DNA of 39,179 nucleotides, from the sequence record NC_049342.1. The stretch is one strand, 5' to 3'. This DNA is from Escherichia phage 500465-1. A program made the translations under genes and the position numbers. Below, piece after piece: positions 32,561-39,179 of the stretch. Each line of letters begins with the position of its first letter. Position 1 is the stretch's first letter. The notes beneath the pieces are model-generated. The model was given only the letters and a program-made list of their open reading frames with translations. It searched no databases and was not told the DNA's origin.

Positions 32561-34222
32561 TTACGCTGCAAGCAGTTCTTTCGCATTCGCCAGTGTATTA
32601 CGTGTGACTTCACTGCCACCAAGCAGGCGCGCCAGCTCTTGTAACCGCGCTTTTTTATTCAGGGATTGCATATGCGTTTCTGTCATCGCACCATCGGTTT
32701 CTTTGCTGACAAAATAGTGTTGATGACCACATCCCGCGACTTGTGGCAGGTGGGTAACACACATCACCTGAGTTGATTCGCCGAGTTGACGCAGCAGTTT
32801 GCCGACAACTGCCGCTGTTGGACCGCTAATCCCTACATCCACTTCATCAAAAATCAGTGCCGGGGTTTCCATTTTACGCGCCGTGATGACCTGGATTGCC
32901 AGTGCGATGCGGGACAATTCACCACCGGATGCGACTTTGGCAATAGGCTGCATTGGCTGACCTGGGTTGGTGGTTACCCGAAACTCAATACGATCGGCAC
33001 CGTCAGCGCCCAGGTGATGCTCGTCAAATTTAACATCGATCGTAAACTGCCCATGCGGCATTGAGAGCGCATGCATACTGTCGGTGATCAGCTGTGCAAG
33101 TTCTTCTGCATATTGCTGGCGTTGTTGGTGTAATGCGCGCGCGATTTCCAGTGCCTGCTGATGATGTTTCGTTACCGCCAGCGCAAGCGTTTCTTGTGAG
33201 TCGGCCTGATCGTCCAGTTGCTGCTGTTCTTCCAGTAGCGACTGGTAATACTGTGGCAATGCCTCAGGGCTGACGTGATGTTTACGTGCCAGCGAAATCT
33301 GTTTTGAGATGCGCTGTTCAAGTTCAAATAGTCGGTTGGGATCGAGATCCAGACGATCGCAGTAGTGGCGCAGTTCATCGCTGGCTTCAGCAATCTGGAT
33401 GGTAGCTTCTTCCAGCATATCAAGTACGCCGGACAGTTTGCTGTCCATGCCAATCAATTCGCTCACCAGTTGTTTAGCCGTGTAAAGCTGACTTTGCAGG
33501 TTTGCGTCTTCACCGTCGGCCATTAATGCCAATGCATTCTGGCTGGTGGTCAGCAATTGACCGCTGTTCGCCAGACGTTTGTACTCTTCGTCGATTTGTT
33601 CAAACTCTCCGGGCTGCGGATTAAATTCGTTAAGTTCTTTTAATTGGTATTGCAGCAGTTCCGCACGGGCAGCGCGTTCCTGACTTAACTGTTGATGATG
33701 CGCGAGGTCACGGCAGCTTTGATGCCACAACTGATAACGTGCTGTCATTTCCTGGAGTAGAGAGGTTTCATTGGCATAGCCATCAAGCAGGAACTTTTGG
33801 TGCTCGGGTTTGGTGAGTAACTGATGAGCGTGCTGACCATGGATCTGAATCAGCAACTGACCCAGTTCGCGCAGTTGTGACAGAGGAACAGCTGTACCGT
33901 TGATGAAACCACGGGAGCGACCATCGCTGCTGATCACGCGACGAAGCAAACATTCATGCCCGTCTTCAAGCTGGTTTTCTTCCAGCCAGCGCAGAGCCGC
34001 TGGCGTATCTTTCAGAGAAAAACGGGCGCACAGGTCAGCGCGAGCAGCGCCGGTACGCACCATGTCGGCTTCAGCGCGACCACCGAGACAAAGACCGAGG
34101 GCATCTATTGCAATAGATTTACCCGCGCCGGTCTCGCCAGTTATTACGGTCATGCCGCTATGAAAATCAATCTCAAGCTCACGAACGATAGCAAAGTTGC
34201 TGATGGTCAGTTGTGCCAACAT
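32561..34222 (-). CDS. recN: DNA repair protein RecN
   Basis: 553 aa; N-terminal Walker A GETGAGKS. Confidence 0.95.
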
Positions 34223-34246
34223 AGTCGTTTTCCTGTATGAAAACCA

Positions 34247-34266
34247 TTACTGTTATTGTGTACAGT
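34247..34266 (+). promoter_or_regulatory. LexA box in the recN promoter
   Basis: TACTGTTATTGTGTACAGTA (CTGT-N8-ACAG); a second, one-base-short box follows at 34271-34285. Confidence 0.6.
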
Positions 34267-34305
34267 ATAAACTGTTTTATATACAGTAAAGAGGCTGGCG
34301 TAAAA

Positions 34306-35183
34306 TTAGAATAATTTTTTTGACCAGCCGAGCTTGGTGCTTAATGTGTTGAAATAACTGTAATCTTTCGGATGAATCAGATTCAGATGGTAATCACAGC
34401 GACGAATCAGGACATCTTCACCTTCCTGAATCGGCAGTGCTATCTGGCTGTCGCAACTGATTTCCAGGTCGTTACGGCGATGCGAAAAACGCAGACGGAT
34501 CGTGCTGCTGCTGTTTATGACCAGTGGTCGTGCTGACAACGTATGCGGGAACATGGGCACCAGGGTAATCGCATCCAGAGAGGGGGTCAGAATAGGACCG
34601 CCTGCAGAGAGGGAATAGGCGGTGGAGCCTGTTGGCGTCGAAATAATTAGTCCATCAGATCGCTGAGAAAACGCAAAGATCTCGTCGATATACACTTCGA
34701 ACTCAATCATATGCGCCACTTTGCCTGGATGAAGCACCACTTCATTTATCGCGGTGCTGATGCGTTTCTGGCAATCTTGCTGACAGACTTGCGCTTCCAG
34801 CAAAAAACGTTTCTCGCTGATGTAGTGGCCTTCCAGCACATCGGCTAACTGTTGCTGGGCGTTATCGGGGTCAAGGTCAGTCAGGAAAACCCAGGTTGCC
34901 ACGGTTGATTCCAATAACTTAATATCGTAACGGGCGAGTGTGCGTGCCGCGCCCAGCATATTACCGTCGCCACCAACGACTACCGCGAGATCAGCTAGTT
35001 GCCCAATCTCCGCGAGCGTGCCAGTTTTCACATTCTTCAGTTGCAGTTCGTGAGCGATTTGTTGCTCAACGATGACCTCGTAACCTTTTGTGCACAGCCA
35101 GCGGTAGAGCATTTCATGTGTTGTCAGTGCAGTGGGGTGCCGTGGGTGTCCCACAATGCCAATACACTTGAATGATTATTCAT
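34306..35183 (-). CDS. nadK: NAD kinase NadK, with apparent indels
   Basis: Matches E. coli NadK except local frame breaks near the N-terminus and around YDIK...FLTDLDP; the length is not a multiple of 3. Confidence 0.85.
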
Positions 35184-35231
35184 TTTTCCGAGGTCCTTGT
35201 TACGAAGATTGATGACAATGTGAGTGCTTCC

Positions 35232-35259
35232 CTTGAAACCCTGAAACTGATCCCATAAT
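35232..35259 (+). promoter_or_regulatory. Sigma-32 heat-shock promoter of grpE
   Basis: CTTGAAA -35 and CCCATAAT -10 elements upstream of grpE. Confidence 0.6.
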
Positions 35260-35271
35260 AAGCGAAGTTAG

Positions 35272-35898
<627 letters not shown>

Positions 35899-35951
35899 TT
35901 TCTGTTTTCGTAATAATTCACGGCCTGCATGCGAATGCAGGGCCGTTTTCG

Positions 35952-37214
35952 TTACTCCGCCACACTCTCGCGCAGCGGTTTTACAGGAAAGACTTTTACC
36001 TGCTTAATCATATTGTCCTGAACGTCGAGAATATCGATATCGTACTCGCCAATATGCACGCGGGTGCCAGCGACAGGGATCTCTTCCAGAGCTTCAAGAA
36101 TGACGCCATTAACCGTGCGGGCATCGTCTTCAGGTAGATGCCAGTTAAAGGCTTTGTTGATTTCCCGCACGTTGGCGGTGCCATCGATAATCACCGAACC
36201 GTCGTTTTGCGGCGTGACCTCTTCGGCAAGTGTTGGCGACATCGACGTAGTGAAATCGCCGACAATCTCTTCCAGAATATCTTCAACCGTCACCAGCCCC
36301 TGAATGTCTCCATACTCGTTGACGACCAGGCCGACTTTCTTTTTGTTGCGCTGAAACTTTACCAACTGCGTGCTGAGCGGCGTACCTTCCGGCACAAAAT
36401 AGATCTCGTCCGCGGCGCGCAGCATGGTTTCTTTGGTGAACTCTTTTTTCTCCGACATCAACCGCCAGGCTTCACGTACTCGCAGCATACTGATGGCGTC
36501 GTCCAGCGAATCACGGTAGAGCACGATGCGCCCGTGAGGTGAGTGGGAGAGTTGGCGCAGAATCGATTTCCAGTCATCGTTGATATCAATACCGATAATT
36601 TCACTGCGCGGCACCATGATGTCATCAACGGTCATTTTTTCCAGATCGAGCACCGACAGCAGCATATCCTGATTGCGACGGGAAATTTGTGAGCGTGATT
36701 CGTGCACGATAGTGCGCAACTCTTCTTTGCTCAAAGAGCCGCTAACCACGATATCGGTTTTGATACCCATCATGCGCATCAGCATACGGGTGATAGCATT
36801 CAGCAACCAGACCAGCGGCATCATCAAAATTTGCAGCGGAGCCAGCAGAAAACTACTCGGATAAGCGACTTTTTCCGGGTACAGCGCGGCAATGGTTTTC
36901 GGCAATACCTCAGCAAATACCAGTACGACAAAAGTCAGCACACCAGTCGCAATTGCCACGCCCGCATCGCCGTACAAACGCATCCCAACAATAGTGCCGA
37001 GCGCGGAGGCAAGAATATTGACCAGGTTATTGCCGATTAACACCAGGCTTATCAGGCGGTCTGGCTTACGCAGCAATTTTTCGACGCGTTTGGCCGAGCG
37101 ATTACCCTGTTTCGCCATATGTCGCAGACGATAGCGGTTGAGGGTCATCATTCCGGTTTCGGACCCGGAAAAATAGGCTGAAATGACCACCATGATGATC
37201 AGAATAATGATCAA
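35952..37214 (-). CDS. yfjD: CBS/CorC-domain inner membrane transporter-like protein (YfjD family)
   Basis: 420 aa with N-terminal transmembrane region and CBS-pair region; the true start may lie slightly upstream. Confidence 0.85.
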   Translation of the reverse strand: MIIILIIMVVISAYFSGSETGMMTLNRYRLRHMAKQGNRSAKRVEKLLRKPDRLISLVLIGNNLVNILASALGTIVGMRLYGDAGVAIATGVLTFVVLVFAEVLPKTIAALYPEKVAYPSSFLLAPLQILMMPLVWLLNAITRMLMRMMGIKTDIVVSGSLSKEELRTIVHESRSQISRRNQDMLLSVLDLEKMTVDDIMVPRSEIIGIDINDDWKSILRQLSHSPHGRIVLYRDSLDDAISMLRVREAWRLMSEKKEFTKETMLRAADEIYFVPEGTPLSTQLVKFQRNKKKVGLVVNEYGDIQGLVTVEDILEEIVGDFTTSMSPTLAEEVTPQNDGSVIIDGTANVREINKAFNWHLPEDDARTVNGVILEALEEIPVAGTRVHIGEYDIDILDVQDNMIKQVKVFPVKPLRESVAE

Positions 37215-37258
37215 CGTAGTAGTAGAAATGTGTTCCAGGGGAAACTCCTTTTCTGGGT

Positions 37259-38050
37259 TTAGCTGATTAACTGCTGGACAATTCGGCTGCCGAAGTAGGC
37301 CAGTGTCAGAATTACCGCGCCCGCAACGTTAAACCAGACGACGCGGCGTCCACGCCATCCTTCATGGTAATGTCCCCACAGCAGCACAATATAGACAAAC
37401 CACGCCACGATAGAGAGCACAGCCTTGTCGATATTTTCCATGCTAAATAGGTTGTGCATGTAGAACAGGCCAGTGCAAAGCGTGAGCGTTAGCAGCACCA
37501 CGCCAATCTGCGTGATGTGGAACATTTTACGCTCGATACTCATCAATGGCGGCATTTCCTGGTTAAATGCCAGCTTCTTGTTCTTCAGTTGGTAATCAAT
37601 CCACGCCAGTTGCAGCGCGTACAGGGCGGCGATAATTAGCGTGGCATAGGAAAAGAGCGATAAGCCAATGTGCACCAGCATCCCAGGCGTTGCTTCCAGA
37701 TGGGTGATGTATTCATTGGGCATGAAGGTCGCCAGCGCCAGGTTGATAAGCGCAAAGGCATAGACAATGGGTAGCAGCAACCAGCCACGATTGCGAGAAG
37801 CCACAATGGTCATTACCGTACAGATCATCAAACTGACCAATGAACCAACGTTCAGCAGGCTGAGGTTTTGTCCGCTATCACCGTCGGGCAGGATGCGGGC
37901 TTCCAGAGCGATTGCGTGGCAGACCAGCGCAATGACCGCAGAAATAATAGCCATGCGCCGCCAGCCGCCGTTTTTTTGCAGCAGACCGGGAACAATCAGC
38001 GCAAGACTGACGGAGTAGGCGACAAGCGCGAGCAGAGCAAAAACGGGCAT
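37259..38050 (-). CDS. ypjD: Inner membrane protein YpjD (cytochrome c assembly-like)
   Basis: Internal start MPVFALLALVAYS gives a 263-aa multi-pass membrane protein; the ORF track start at 38125 is probably an over-extension. Confidence 0.8.
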   Translation of the reverse strand: MPVFALLALVAYSVSLALIVPGLLQKNGGWRRMAIISAVIALVCHAIALEARILPDGDSGQNLSLLNVGSLVSLMICTVMTIVASRNRGWLLLPIVYAFALINLALATFMPNEYITHLEATPGMLVHIGLSLFSYATLIIAALYALQLAWIDYQLKNKKLAFNQEMPPLMSIERKMFHITQIGVVLLTLTLCTGLFYMHNLFSMENIDKAVLSIVAWFVYIVLLWGHYHEGWRGRRVVWFNVAGAVILTLAYFGSRIVQQLIS

Positions 38051-38216
38051 AGTGATGTCGACAGTTTGAGCAATAAGAAAGAGAAGCAGTATAGCGTCAG
38101 GTGAACGCTGCTCCAACCGTTGCATAACAACAAAGACGCCTTCATGTTATACTGCGGCAAAATACTGATGATGTGTCGCGATTGCGGCCAACCGTTTCCA
38201 CCCCAGGCGAGAGACA

Positions 38217-39179
38217 ATGTTTGATAATTTAACCGATCGTTTGTCGCGCACGCTGCGCAATATCAGTGGCCGTGGACGCCTCACTGAAGACAACGTAAAA
38301 GATACGCTGCGCGAAGTGCGCATGGCGCTGCTGGAGGCGGACGTCGCTCTGCCGGTAGTGCGTGAGTTTATCAATCGCGTAAAAGAGAAAGCGGTTGGTC
38401 ATGAAGTTAATAAGAGCCTGACGCCGGGGCAGGAGTTCGTCAAAATCGTCCGTAACGAACTGGTTGCGGCGATGGGCGAAGAGAACCAGACCCTGAACCT
38501 GGCGGCGCAACCGCCTGCGGTCGTGCTGATGGCGGGCCTGCAAGGTGCCGGTAAAACAACCAGCGTTGGTAAACTCGGTAAGTTCCTGCGCGAGAAGCAC
38601 AAGAAGAAAGTGCTGGTGGTTTCTGCCGACGTTTATCGCCCGGCGGCAATCAAACAGCTTGAGACGCTGGCAGAGCAGGTGGGCGTTGATTTCTTCCCTT
38701 CTGATGTTGGTCAGAAGCCGGTAGATATCGTTAACGCGGCGCTGAAAGAAGCCAAACTGAAATTCTACGACGTGCTGCTGGTGGATACCGCTGGTCGTCT
38801 GCACGTTGACGAAGCGATGATGGACGAGATCAAACAAGTCCATGCGTCGATTAACCCGGTTGAAACCCTGTTTGTGGTTGACGCCATGACCGGTCAGGAT
38901 GCGGCCAATACGGCAAAAGCATTCAATGAAGCGTTACCGCTTACCGGCGTAGTGTTGACCAAAGTGGACGGCGATGCCCGCGGCGGTGCGGCGCTCTCTA
39001 TTCGTCACATCACTGGCAAACCGATCAAGTTTCTCGGTGTTGGCGAGAAAACTGAGGCGCTGGAGCCGTTCCATCCGGACCGCATCGCGTCGCGTATTCT
39101 CGGCATGGGCGACGTACTGTCGCTGATCGAAGATATCGAAAGCAAAGTTGACCGCGCGCAGGCAGAGAAATTAGCCAGC
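38217..39179 (+). CDS. ffh: Signal recognition particle protein Ffh, 3' partial
   Basis: MFDNLTDRLSRTLRNISGRGRLTEDNVKDTLREVRMALLEADVALPVV and GTPase motifs; runs off the window end. Confidence 0.95.
   Translation, partial: MFDNLTDRLSRTLRNISGRGRLTEDNVKDTLREVRMALLEADVALPVVREFINRVKEKAVGHEVNKSLTPGQEFVKIVRNELVAAMGEENQTLNLAAQPPAVVLMAGLQGAGKTTSVGKLGKFLREKHKKKVLVVSADVYRPAAIKQLETLAEQVGVDFFPSDVGQKPVDIVNAALKEAKLKFYDVLLVDTAGRLHVDEAMMDEIKQVHASINPVETLFVVDAMTGQDAANTAKAFNEALPLTGVVLTKVDGDARGGAALSIRHITGKPIKFLGVGEKTEALEPFHPDRIASRILGMGDVLSLIEDIESKVDRAQAEKLAS

Noticed and set aside
38229-38843. 204-aa minus-strand ORF
   Set aside because: Antisense to ffh.

Overview
This 39.2-kb window from Escherichia coli (host genes smpB, ratA/ratB, bamE, recN, nadK, grpE, ffh match E. 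coli by protein sequence) holds the right ~30 kb of a P2/186-like (Fels-2-type) prophage inserted at the 3' end of the tmRNA gene ssrA (30062..30424, minus strand). Reading left to right: a 5'-truncated replication gene A, an IS21-family (IS100-like) insertion, an SOS box with a Tum-like small ORF and a DinI-like gene, an AT-rich cargo island with a TIR-like ORF, then the P2-order virion genes (Q, a terminase-like fragment, P, O N M L X, lysis cassette, R S, V W J I H G, an invertible tail-fibre segment with its invertase, FI FII E/E' T U D ogr) and a small WYL-like/BRCT-like gene next to the ssrA junction. The two candidate novel loci are the TIR-like island (5100..6520), which sits where P2-like phages carry tin/old-type defence cargo, and the WYL/BRCT gene (29456..29938). 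All identifications are by eye from the translations, with reference sequences recalled from memory; no database search was run. Many genes, including host grpE and nadK, show frame breaks, so the assembly probably carries indel errors and frame breaks alone should not be read as gene decay.
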